A DNA stretch of 63,111 bases from Candidatus Wolfebacteria bacterium (GTDB taxonomy: Bacteria; Patescibacteriota; Minisyncoccia; UBA6257; UBA9933): NCBI GenBank assembly GCA_016214005.1, contig JACRPK010000007.1:1-63111 (forward strand), read 5' to 3'. How positions within the stretch are numbered: position 1 is the stretch's first letter; the number at the start of each line of letters is the position of its first letter. The translations under genes were made by a program, and so were the position numbers. Below the pieces are notes generated by a model. That model searched no databases. It was not told the DNA's origin and worked only from the letters and a program-made list of their open reading frames with translations. This document shows, piece after piece, positions 8,786 through 17,494 of the stretch.

Positions 8786-9897
8786 TGGATTATTATAAAA
8801 TTTTAGGTATTAATAAGGGGGCATCGGATGATGATATTAAAAAGGCATTTAGAAAGTTAGCTCATAAATATCATCCGGATAAAGCCGGTGGCGATGAAAA
8901 AAAATTCAAGGAAATTGCAGAAGCTTATGCCGTGCTTTCAGATAAAAAGAAGCGCGAGCAGTATGATAAATACGGCAGGGTTTTTGATGGCGCTCCGGGA
9001 GCCGGAGGCGCTGGTCCATTTGGAGGCGGAGCCGGGCCATTTGGGGGATTTGGAGTAGAATTTGATCCGTCGGCTTTTAGCGATTTTGGGGATTTGGGCG
9101 ATATTTTTGACGCGTTTTTTGAGGGCATGGGTGTCAGACAAAAGCGAAGAGTGTATCATCGCGGATCTGATGTGGAAATGGTTCAGGGGATAACTTTAGA
9201 AGAAGCGTTTTTTGGAATTAAAAAAGAAATTAAATATAAAATTAACGTGGCTTGCGATAAATGCAGCGGCAAAGGCTATGATGTAAAAGAAGGTCTTGAA
9301 AAATGCGCTACTTGCGCCGGTCGGGGAGAAATCAAAGAAGCTCGCAGCACATTTTTTGGAAATTTTACGCAAGTCAAACAATGTAAGGAATGTTTCGGAG
9401 CAGGAGAAATTCCTAAAAAAGTTTGTTCAAATTGCAAGGGAATCGGAAAAATTATAGGAGAAAGAAAAATCAATTTTGAAATTTTGCCCGGAGTAATGGA
9501 TGGGCAAATTATAAAATTTCAGGGGATGGGCGAAGCGGGCGAACGGGGGGCGGAAGTAGGAGATCTTTATGCGAGAATTTCTATAAAGCCGCACCAGGTT
9601 TTTAAAAGACAGGGGAATGATTTATTTGTGAAAAAAGAAGTGAAATTTGTTGATGTTCTTTTGGGAGAAAAAATATCGCTTCCGACGATTGATGGCAAAA
9701 AAATTGATATTGAAATTCCGGAAAATTTTGATTTGAAAGAAAGTTTAAGCATTCCCAAGCAGGGGATGCCAATTTTTGGTTCTTCTTTTGGAGGAGGTCG
9801 CGGCAATTTGATTGTGGAATTAAAAATAAAAACTCCGAAAAAAATCAGCGCCAAGGCAAAAGAAATTTTAGAAAAAATAAAAAAAGAAATTGACTAA
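8785..9897 (+). CDS. dnaJ: Co-chaperone DnaJ (Hsp40)
   Basis: J domain with HPD (KYHPDKAGG), a G/F-rich linker, and four CxxCxGxG zinc-finger repeats. Confidence 0.97.
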   Translation: MDYYKILGINKGASDDDIKKAFRKLAHKYHPDKAGGDEKKFKEIAEAYAVLSDKKKREQYDKYGRVFDGAPGAGGAGPFGGGAGPFGGFGVEFDPSAFSDFGDLGDIFDAFFEGMGVRQKRRVYHRGSDVEMVQGITLEEAFFGIKKEIKYKINVACDKCSGKGYDVKEGLEKCATCAGRGEIKEARSTFFGNFTQVKQCKECFGAGEIPKKVCSNCKGIGKIIGERKINFEILPGVMDGQIIKFQGMGEAGERGAEVGDLYARISIKPHQVFKRQGNDLFVKKEVKFVDVLLGEKISLPTIDGKKIDIEIPENFDLKESLSIPKQGMPIFGSSFGGGRGNLIVELKIKTPKKISAKAKEILEKIKKEID

Positions 9898-9949
9898 ATA
9901 GTTCGGTTTGATTAAAATTATTTTTAATCTGGCTTTCGTATAAATAAAA

Positions 9950-10020
9950 GCTTCCATAGCTCAGTGGTAGAGCAGATGCCTTTTAAGCATTTGATCAAGG
10001 TTCGATTCCTTGTGGAAGCA
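9950..10020 (+). tRNA. tRNA-Lys (anticodon UUU)
   Basis: Manual cloverleaf: acceptor GCTTCCA/TGGAAGC, anticodon loop CTTTTAA, T arm CAAGG-TTCGATT-CCTTG. No encoded CCA. Confidence 0.85.
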
Positions 10021-10025
10021 CAGAT

Positions 10026-10063
10026 ATAAAATAAAATATTAATTTTTTAATATTTTATTTTAT
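10026..10063 (+). terminator. AT-only hairpin immediately after tRNA-Lys (terminator-like)
   Basis: ATAAAATAAAATATT / AATATTTTATTTTAT forms a perfect 15-bp stem with the loop AATTTTTT. Confidence 0.4.
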
Positions 10064-10069
10064 TGTATT

Positions 10070-10167
10070 CCCACAAGGAATCGAAGGGTTCTATGAATTT
10101 TTCATTTTTATAAAAAGTGAAAAATGAATTTAGAACCCAGGGACGCATTCCTTGTGGAAGCACAGAT
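10070..10167 (+). repeat. tRNA-associated hairpin element, copy A: an inverted T-arm copy, a conserved 62-nt core and a direct 21-nt duplicate of the tRNA-Lys T-loop/3' end
   Basis: 10070-10085 is the reverse complement of the tRNA segment TTCGATTCCTTGTGG (plus one extra, non-matching base). The core at 10083-10144 is about 92% identical to 49530-49592. 10147-10167 equals 10005-10025. Confidence 0.85.
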
Positions 10168-10267
10168 GTAGAATTTAACTTTATTTTCCGTTCGTTTTTT
10201 GTGATAGGCTTTTTATTCTGATTTTAGACATTTTTATTTTTAGCGGGTAATATAATATTTAATAAAT

Positions 10268-10338
10268 GCCAGAATAGTTCAGTGGCAGAACGATCGCTTC
10301 GTAAGCGATAAATGTGGGTTCGATTCCCGCTTCTGGCT
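10268..10338 (+). tRNA. tRNA-Thr (anticodon CGU)
   Basis: Acceptor GCCAGAA/TTCTGGC, anticodon stem-loop ATCGC-TTCGTAA-GCGAT, T loop TTCGATT. Confidence 0.85.
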
Positions 10339-10375
10339 TATTATTCAATTTATAAAATGATAGTATTGTAAAAAT

Positions 10376-11653
10376 ATGAAAATAAAAAATATCGATGCAA
10401 TTGAAATCTTGGACAGCCGTGGCAATCCGACAATAGAAGCGACTGTTTTATTGGAAGATGGTTCTTTTGGTTCGGCCATGGTTCCTTCCGGAGCCTCAAC
10501 CGGATCGCATGAAGCTGTTGAATTGCGAGACGCTGACAAAAGATACAACGGTCTTGGCGTCAGAAGGGCGGTTGAAAATGTAAAAAATAAAATCAATCAG
10601 GCGCTTGTTGGAATTGACGCGGAAGATCAAAGAAAAATTGACGAAATTATGATTAGTCTTGATGCTACGGAAAATAAAACTAATCTTGGCGCTAACGCAA
10701 TTTTGTCGGTTTCACTTGCTTCGGCAAGAGCGGTCGCTAATTCGCAAAAAAAACCCCTTTATCAATACTTGAGTAAATTCAATCCGAATTTTAATGGAGT
10801 ATTTAATATGCCTATTCCGATGATGAACATAATGAATGGCGGCAAACATGCCAATTGGGCGACTGATATTCAGGAATATATGATTTTGCCGATAAGCGCT
10901 CAAAACATTGCTGACGCTGTTAGGATGTGCGCGGAAGTTTATTTTAATTTGAAAAAAGTTTTAAAAAGCAAAGGCTATTCAACCAATATTGGCGATGAGG
11001 GAGGATTTGCTCCGGCAGTTAATTCCAATGAAGAGCCATTTCAATTGATGTTCGAAGCAATTTCATCTGCTGGTTATAAAGTTGGCGAAGATATTGTTTT
11101 CGGCATTGACGCGGCTGCCACGGAATTTTATAAAGACGGTCAATATAATTTAAATAAAGAAGGGAAAGTATTGGGGAGCGCGGAACTTGCAGAATTTTAT
11201 CTGGGCATTACCAAAAATTATCCTATAAAATCAATGGAGGATATTTTTAGCGAAGACGATTGGGATGGATTTAAAAATTTTAAAGATAGAACTGCTGATA
11301 AAATCCAAATTGTTGGAGACGATTTATACGCAACAAATATTAAAAGATTAAAAAAAGGTATTGAAGAAAAAATTACCAATTCTATACTTATCAAACTTAA
11401 TCAAATTGGCACTTTAAGCGAAACAATTGACGCGATTATTTTAGCGATGAAAAATAATATGACAGCGATTATTTCGCATCGCAGCGGCGAAACAGAAGAT
11501 TCTTTTATCGCTGATTTAGCGGTGGCAATGGGAACAGGACAGATTAAAACCGGCGCGCCTTGCCGCAGCGAACGAACGGCAAAATACAATCGCTTAATGA
11601 AAATAGAAAAAGAATTGAGCGGAAGCGCAAAAATGGCGGAATTTAAATTTTAA
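10376..11653 (+). CDS. eno: Enolase (phosphopyruvate hydratase)
   Basis: EILDSRGNPT, SGASTGSHEA, IKLNQIGTLSET, SHRSGETED. Confidence 0.97.
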   Translation: MKIKNIDAIEILDSRGNPTIEATVLLEDGSFGSAMVPSGASTGSHEAVELRDADKRYNGLGVRRAVENVKNKINQALVGIDAEDQRKIDEIMISLDATENKTNLGANAILSVSLASARAVANSQKKPLYQYLSKFNPNFNGVFNMPIPMMNIMNGGKHANWATDIQEYMILPISAQNIADAVRMCAEVYFNLKKVLKSKGYSTNIGDEGGFAPAVNSNEEPFQLMFEAISSAGYKVGEDIVFGIDAAATEFYKDGQYNLNKEGKVLGSAELAEFYLGITKNYPIKSMEDIFSEDDWDGFKNFKDRTADKIQIVGDDLYATNIKRLKKGIEEKITNSILIKLNQIGTLSETIDAIILAMKNNMTAIISHRSGETEDSFIADLAVAMGTGQIKTGAPCRSERTAKYNRLMKIEKELSGSAKMAEFKF

Positions 11654-11655
11654 TT

Positions 11656-12676
11656 ATGAACGATCTTATTCAACGGCTCAATGAATTAAAAGAACAAGCC
11701 CGGATGTTAGCCGGGCGTCTTTGACATTGAAAATAAAAAAAACCGCGTCAAGGAAATTGAATTTGAATTTAGCGATCCTGATTTTTGGAAAAATAAATCT
11801 GTGGCTGATTTAAAAATCAAAGAAATCGGCGAACTTAACGAAACAATTAAAAAAATCGGAGAAATTGATCTTGGGCTTGAAAAACTACAATCTCAATTTG
11901 ATGAAAATTTATTTTATGATATCCAAAGAAAGCTTCGCCAACTGGAAACGGAATTATTGTTTAAAGGAAAATATGATAAGCAAGCCGCTATAATTTCGGT
12001 TTTTTCCGGAGCCGGAGGAGAAGACGCCAAAGATTGGGCGAATATGCTTGTTTCAATGTATAAGAAATTTGCCGAAGGCCGCAACTGGAAAGCGAAAATT
12101 CTTGACGATGAAAACGGCGTTATTGAAATAAAAGGCGATTATGCTTACGGGTATCTTAAAAATGAAGCAGGGGTCCACAGATTGGTGAGAATTTCTCCGT
12201 TTTCTCCGGAACAAAAAAGGCACACTTCATTTGCTTTGGTTGAAGTTTTACCGGATTTGCCGGAAGTTGATTATGAAGGATTAAAGATTCCGGAAGAAGA
12301 TTTAAGATTTGAATTTTCGCGCGCCGGCGGTCCGGGCGGGCAAAATGTTAATAAGGTGGAAACAGCTGTCCGCATTGTTCATTTGCAGACTGGCATTGCG
12401 GCCGGATCGCGAGCCGAAAGATCACAGGCGCAAAATAGAGACAAGGCCATGAAAATGCTCAAAGCTAAACTTGTTAAATTGATGGAAGAAACAAAAGCTC
12501 AAGAAATTAACCAATTAAAAACAAAAGTGAAGCCAGAATGGGGGAATCAAATCCGCTCTTATGTTTTAAATCCTTATAAGCTCGTTAAAGATCACAGAAC
12601 TAATGTTGAAACAGCTCAAGTTGATAAAGTTTTAGAAGGAGATCTTGATATGTTCGTGGAGAGTGGGGTAAAATAG
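11656..12676 (+). CDS. prfB: Peptide chain release factor 2 with a programmed +1 frameshift (frame 0 covers 11656..11721, frame +1 covers 11723..12676)
   Basis: The ATG at 11656 opens MNDLIQRLNELKEQARMLAGRL followed by an in-frame TGA at 11722, within CTT TGA C. The +1 frame continues DIENKKNRVKEIEFEFSDPDFW... into the 11801 ORF, which contains SPF and GGQ (SRAGGPGGQNVNKVETAVR). Confidence 0.92.
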
Positions 12677-12682
12677 AATATA

Positions 12683-13375
12683 ATGATTAATTTTCAGGGA
12701 GTTTCGAAAAATTATAAAAATAACGGTCATTCATCGGTAGCGCTTGAGGATATTGATTTTAGCATTGAACCGAAAGAATTCATTTCTTTGGTGGGAAAAT
12801 CAGGCGCCGGAAAATCAACAATCGTTAAATTGATTATTGGCGAGGAAAAACCGACCAAAGGTAAAATAATAGTGAGTTCTCATGATATCAGTAAACTCAA
12901 TTCCAGTCAGATGCCTCATCTCCGTCGCCATATCGGCGTGATTTTTCAAGATTTTAGTCTTTTAAATAATAAAACCGCTTATGAAAATGTTGCTTTTGCC
13001 CTTGAAGCTGCCGGTCGGCCACAGATTGAAATTGACGAATTTGTTCCTCAGGCTTTGGAAATGGTCGGGCTTGCCAATAAAATGAACAATTTTCCGAAAG
13101 AGCTTTCGGGCGGCGAAAAGCAAAGAGTGGCGATTGCGCGAGCTATGATTAACCACCCCGATGTTTTAATAGCTGACGAGCCAACCGGTAATTTAGATCC
13201 GGCCAATACTTCAGAAATTATTAAATTGCTTTTAAAAATCAATGAGCTTGGCACGGTTGTTATTTTGGCAACCCATAATAAAGAAATAGTTGATGATCTT
13301 AAAAAAAGAGTTATCACCTTGGAAAACGGAAAAATAATTCGAGATGAGAAAAACGGAAAATATATTTTAGATTAA
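12683..13375 (+). CDS. ftsE: Cell division ABC transporter ATP-binding protein FtsE
   Basis: Walker A GKSGAGKST, signature LSGGEKQR, Walker B VLIADEPTG. Followed by ftsX. Confidence 0.9.
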   Translation: MINFQGVSKNYKNNGHSSVALEDIDFSIEPKEFISLVGKSGAGKSTIVKLIIGEEKPTKGKIIVSSHDISKLNSSQMPHLRRHIGVIFQDFSLLNNKTAYENVAFALEAAGRPQIEIDEFVPQALEMVGLANKMNNFPKELSGGEKQRVAIARAMINHPDVLIADEPTGNLDPANTSEIIKLLLKINELGTVVILATHNKEIVDDLKKRVITLENGKIIRDEKNGKYILD

Positions 13376-13376
13376 A

Positions 13377-14285
13377 ATGTTTACGACTTTATCGCGCATA
13401 ATCAAATATGGAATTGTTGGATTTTGGCGAAGCGGTTTAATATCTGTGGCGACTATTGTCGTAATGTTTTTGGCGATTATGGTTTTTCAAAATCTTATTC
13501 TTTTTAACGTTCTGGCAAAATCAGCCCTTGATTCAATTCAAAATAAAATAGACATCAGTGTTTATTTTAATGTCGATACATCGGAAGATAATATTTTGAA
13601 AATCAAAAACGAATTGGAGGGATTGGTTGAAGTTAAAAACATAGAATATATTTCTAAAAGCAAGGCTTTTGAAATTTTCCAATCTCGCCATAAGGAAGAA
13701 GAAATAATTTCTCAGGCGCTTGAAGAATTGGGCGAAAATCCTTTGGCCGCTTCTTTAAATATCAAGGCTTATAATCCGAGTGATTATTCCGCCATAAATT
13801 CTTATATCAATACGGCGGCTTTTAAAAATTTAATTTATAAAGTTTCTTACGCGCAAAATTCGTTGGTTATTGAAAGGCTTACTAAAATAATGGATACGGC
13901 TAAGCAATTCGGCGCTGTTTTAACGTTTGTTTTATCTTTGGTAGCGATTTTAATAACTTTTAATACAATCAGGCTGGCAATTTATTCTTATCGCGATGAA
14001 ATTAATATTATGAAGCTTGTTGGCGCTTCCAATGCTTTTATTCAGGGGCCTTATGTGGTTGAAGGCATTATTTACGGGATCATTGCCGCGACTTTAGGAT
14101 TTTTTATTCTTTTGCCGCTTTCATATTTTGCTTCTCCTTATGTGGAAATATTTATTCCGGATATGAATCTTTGGACATATGTTATTTCCAACGCTTTGAC
14201 GCTTTTTGGATATCAGGCGTTTTTTGGAATTATTTTGGGCATTATTTCTTCAAGCATTGCTATCAGAAAATATTTGAAAGTATAA
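13377..14285 (+). CDS. ftsX: Cell division permease-like protein FtsX
   Basis: N-terminal TM helix, a large extracytoplasmic loop and three C-terminal TM helices (FtsX topology). Adjacent to ftsE. Confidence 0.85.
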   Translation: MFTTLSRIIKYGIVGFWRSGLISVATIVVMFLAIMVFQNLILFNVLAKSALDSIQNKIDISVYFNVDTSEDNILKIKNELEGLVEVKNIEYISKSKAFEIFQSRHKEEEIISQALEELGENPLAASLNIKAYNPSDYSAINSYINTAAFKNLIYKVSYAQNSLVIERLTKIMDTAKQFGAVLTFVLSLVAILITFNTIRLAIYSYRDEINIMKLVGASNAFIQGPYVVEGIIYGIIAATLGFFILLPLSYFASPYVEIFIPDMNLWTYVISNALTLFGYQAFFGIILGIISSSIAIRKYLKV

Positions 14286-14298
14286 ATAATATTTTGGT

Positions 14299-16833
14299 AT
14301 GCCAATTACAATCCAAAATTTGAATTTTTACGATTCAAGATTGAAGATGAGCCACTTTTGGCGATTTTCAGCAAGGCTTATTTCTTACTCTGTTTATGCG
14401 ATTTTAATAGCGGCAATGGGTGTTTTTTTACTTTCTGATGTTAAAAAGATTTTTTGGATAGGTGTTCTAATTTTTATTTTTTTAGCCGATAGATTTTTTC
14501 ATTTTAAAAAAGCCGATAAGTCAATTGTCGGATTGTTGAGATATCCGAGATTAAGCAGGAGAAAAATCGGAATGGAGGTTTTTCCCAAAGACATTAATGT
14601 TTTTTCTTATTTAACGCCAGAAAGCTTTGGAATTTTAGAAAGAGCTTATGATAAAACCTTAGTGGTTAGCGGAGATTTTTATTTATTTATTTTAAAATTT
14701 CTTGTCCAATTGCCGCAAATCAAAAATGGATTGATCAGAATGGATGTGTCAATCAATGATCTGCAAAAAAAAATTGAAGTAGAAATTAACGCAGAAAATG
14801 GAAAAATTTTAAGAGATGATGTTTATTTAAATCTTGTAGAGCTGTCAAAGCAAGCTTTTTTAGCGACGCTTAATTCAAAAAACAATTATATTGAGCCGGC
14901 TGATTTATTCGCGGCTTTGGGGGAAATAAATGATCAAAAAATAAATAAAATTTTCAATTTGTTTGAAATTCAGGCGGCGGATTTAAAACAAGCTATGATT
15001 TTTAGCCGCTTCAAGGGGAATTTTTTCAGAAATTTACCGAATGTTTTAGGGGGGTTCGCGAAGCATCCTAAAAAAATGAGGCACAGAGTGATGAACCGCG
15101 CATGGACAGCCAAGCCAACGCCAACGCTTGACGCTTTTGGCATTGATTTAACCGACTTGGCGCTTGCCGGAAAATCTGGTTTTTTAATCGGCCACAATGA
15201 CGAATATGACAGATTGCTTAATGTTTTGTCGCGGCAAACAAATCCAAACGCGCTTTTGATAGGCGATGCGGGCAGTGGAAAAGAAACAATAGTTTCGGCT
15301 TTAGCTTTTAATATTATAAAAGACGATGTGCCTCAGGCGCTTTTTGATAAAAGGCTGGTGGCTTTGCAAATAAATAATTTGATTTCTGGATCTGATATCA
15401 AAGAAACATCTTTGAAAATAAATAAAATAGCGGATGAAATAATTTCTTCGGGGAATATTATTCTTTATATCCCCGATATTCATAATTTAGCGAAAACCCA
15501 GAGTGAGGGAGCGGCAAGCGCTTTAGATATTTTGATGCCGATTATAAACAGCGATGCTTTTCCGATTATTGGCGCTACTTATCCGAAGGAGTTTAAGCAG
15601 TTTATAGAGTCATTGAGCGATTTTTCAAATGCATTTGAAATAATCCGTGTTGAGGAAGTTTCTGAAGATGATGCCGTTAAAATTTTAACTTATGAAAGTT
15701 TGATTTTAGAGAAACAATATAAAATAACAATAAGCTTGAAAGCGATAAGAACGGCGGTGGAACTCAGTCATAAACATTTTCGTCAAAAACTTTTGCCGAG
15801 CAGTGCAGAAGATTTGCTTAAAGAAACGATATCATCAAATAAAGAGAGAAGAGATAATCTTTTGCAGGCAGATGATATAATTGCTGTTATTGAGAGAAAA
15901 ATAAACATTCCTATCCACAGGGCTGGCAAAGACGAGGCGCAAAAGCTGTTGAATTTGGAAAGCATAATCAGCCAGTCTTTAATTGGCCAAGAAACAGCGG
16001 TTAAGGGCGTAAGCCGGGTGATTAGGGAATTCAGAAGCGGATTAAGCCGCAAGGGAGGGCCAATTGCCAGCTTTTTATTTGTCGGACCAACTGGCGTCGG
16101 CAAAACAGAACTCGCAAAAATTTTGGCGAAAATCCAGTTCGGCTCGCAAGACGTTATGGCGCGGTTTGATATGTCTGAATATCAAACTAAAGAAAGTATT
16201 GCGAGATTTATCGGATCGCCGGACGGCAAAACCAGCGGAGCGATTACCGAAGCGATTTCTCAAAAGCCTTATAGTTTGGTGCTTTTGGACGAATTTGAAA
16301 AAGCTCATCCGGATATTTTAAATATTTTTCTTCAAGTTTTTGACGATGGCAGGTTGACGGATAATTTAGGCAGGGTTGTTGATTTTACCAATACGATAAT
16401 TATCGCCACTTCAAACGCCAATTCAGACTTTATCAAAGAACAAATTGAAAAAGGAAATTCAATTGAAAAAATCAGCGAAGATTTGAAGGGCAAGCTCACT
16501 GGTTATTTTAAACCAGAGCTTCTTAATAGATTTTCCCAGATTATTGTTTTTAAAAATCTTTCTAAAAGCAATATTGAGGCGATTGCCAAACTTCAATTAA
16601 AATCTTTGGTGAAAACTCTTGAAGAACAGGGGATTAGCTTGTCTTATAGCGACGAAGTTGTGGAAAAAATCGCCGAGCTTGGCTATGATCCGGTTTTCGG
16701 CGCCAGGCCTTTGCGAGGCGTGATTTCCGAAAAACTTCGCGGAGTTTTAGCGGAAAAAATTCTTAAAGGGGATGTGGTGAGGGGAGGAGAAGTAAAATTG
16801 GAAATTAAAAATAACGACGTGGCAATAATTTAA
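14299..16833 (+). CDS. Clp/Hsp100-family AAA+ ATPase (ClpC/ClpB-like) with N-terminal transmembrane helices and a degenerate first ATPase module
   Basis: NBD2 is canonical (GPTGVGKTELAK, LLDEFEKAHPDI, GARPLRG). NBD1 reads GDAGSGKETIV and ILYIPDIHNL. The first ~70 aa contain two hydrophobic helices. Confidence 0.85.
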   Translation: MPITIQNLNFYDSRLKMSHFWRFSARLISYSVYAILIAAMGVFLLSDVKKIFWIGVLIFIFLADRFFHFKKADKSIVGLLRYPRLSRRKIGMEVFPKDINVFSYLTPESFGILERAYDKTLVVSGDFYLFILKFLVQLPQIKNGLIRMDVSINDLQKKIEVEINAENGKILRDDVYLNLVELSKQAFLATLNSKNNYIEPADLFAALGEINDQKINKIFNLFEIQAADLKQAMIFSRFKGNFFRNLPNVLGGFAKHPKKMRHRVMNRAWTAKPTPTLDAFGIDLTDLALAGKSGFLIGHNDEYDRLLNVLSRQTNPNALLIGDAGSGKETIVSALAFNIIKDDVPQALFDKRLVALQINNLISGSDIKETSLKINKIADEIISSGNIILYIPDIHNLAKTQSEGAASALDILMPIINSDAFPIIGATYPKEFKQFIESLSDFSNAFEIIRVEEVSEDDAVKILTYESLILEKQYKITISLKAIRTAVELSHKHFRQKLLPSSAEDLLKETISSNKERRDNLLQADDIIAVIERKINIPIHRAGKDEAQKLLNLESIISQSLIGQETAVKGVSRVIREFRSGLSRKGGPIASFLFVGPTGVGKTELAKILAKIQFGSQDVMARFDMSEYQTKESIARFIGSPDGKTSGAITEAISQKPYSLVLLDEFEKAHPDILNIFLQVFDDGRLTDNLGRVVDFTNTIIIATSNANSDFIKEQIEKGNSIEKISEDLKGKLTGYFKPELLNRFSQIIVFKNLSKSNIEAIAKLQLKSLVKTLEEQGISLSYSDEVVEKIAELGYDPVFGARPLRGVISEKLRGVLAEKILKGDVVRGGEVKLEIKNNDVAII

Positions 16834-16888
16834 TTGTACATCGGGATATTTAAATTAATTTTTCTAAAATTAGAATCGAAAAAATAAA

Positions 16889-17482
16889 ATGGATCAGAAA
16901 ACAATAGATACTTATAATGAATTGGCAAAAAAGTATGATGCAGAAACATTAGATTTTTGGGATCGATTTCCAAAAACTATTATTAATAAATTTATTGAAT
17001 TTGCAAAAGGGAAGGTTTTGGATGTTGGTAGCGGTCCAGGAAGAGATGGTTTGATTTTAAAAAAGAATGGATTGGAAGTTATGTGTCTTGATGCATCCGA
17101 GGCAATGGTAAAACTTTCACAAGAGAGGGGACTTCTATCTATTCTTGGAGATTTTAACGCATTGCCGTTTCCAGAAGAATTTTTTGACGGCGTATGGGCA
17201 TATACTTCTTTGCTTCATGTTCCTAAATCTGAAATTGCAAAAATTTTTATGGAAATTAGGCGCGTCCTTAAAATGGGCGGTATTTTCGGTCTCGGTTTAA
17301 TAGAAGGAAATACAGAGCTATATCGTGAAAATTTGGGAATCGGGAAGCAGAGATGGTTTAGTTTTTACAAAAAGAATGAAGTTGAAAAATTACTTACGCA
17401 AAATGGATTTGAAATAATATATTTTGAAGAATTCAAGCCCAAAACAAAAAATTATTTGAATTTTATTTCAAAGAAAAAATAA
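16889..17482 (+). CDS. Class I SAM-dependent methyltransferase
   Basis: Motif I VLDVGSGPGRDG and the post-I acidic residue (LDASE). Confidence 0.8.
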   Translation: MDQKTIDTYNELAKKYDAETLDFWDRFPKTIINKFIEFAKGKVLDVGSGPGRDGLILKKNGLEVMCLDASEAMVKLSQERGLLSILGDFNALPFPEEFFDGVWAYTSLLHVPKSEIAKIFMEIRRVLKMGGIFGLGLIEGNTELYRENLGIGKQRWFSFYKKNEVEKLLTQNGFEIIYFEEFKPKTKNYLNFISKKK

Positions 17483-17494
17483 AATTAAGAATTT

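Noticed and set aside
10005-10167. Interpreting the duplicated tRNA 3' ends as evidence for a tRNA intron or a permuted tRNA
   Set aside because: Both tRNAs (Lys, Leu) fold into complete cloverleaves using the proximal 3' end. The intervening sequence lies after the discriminator base and not at a known intron position, and no splicing motif is evident.
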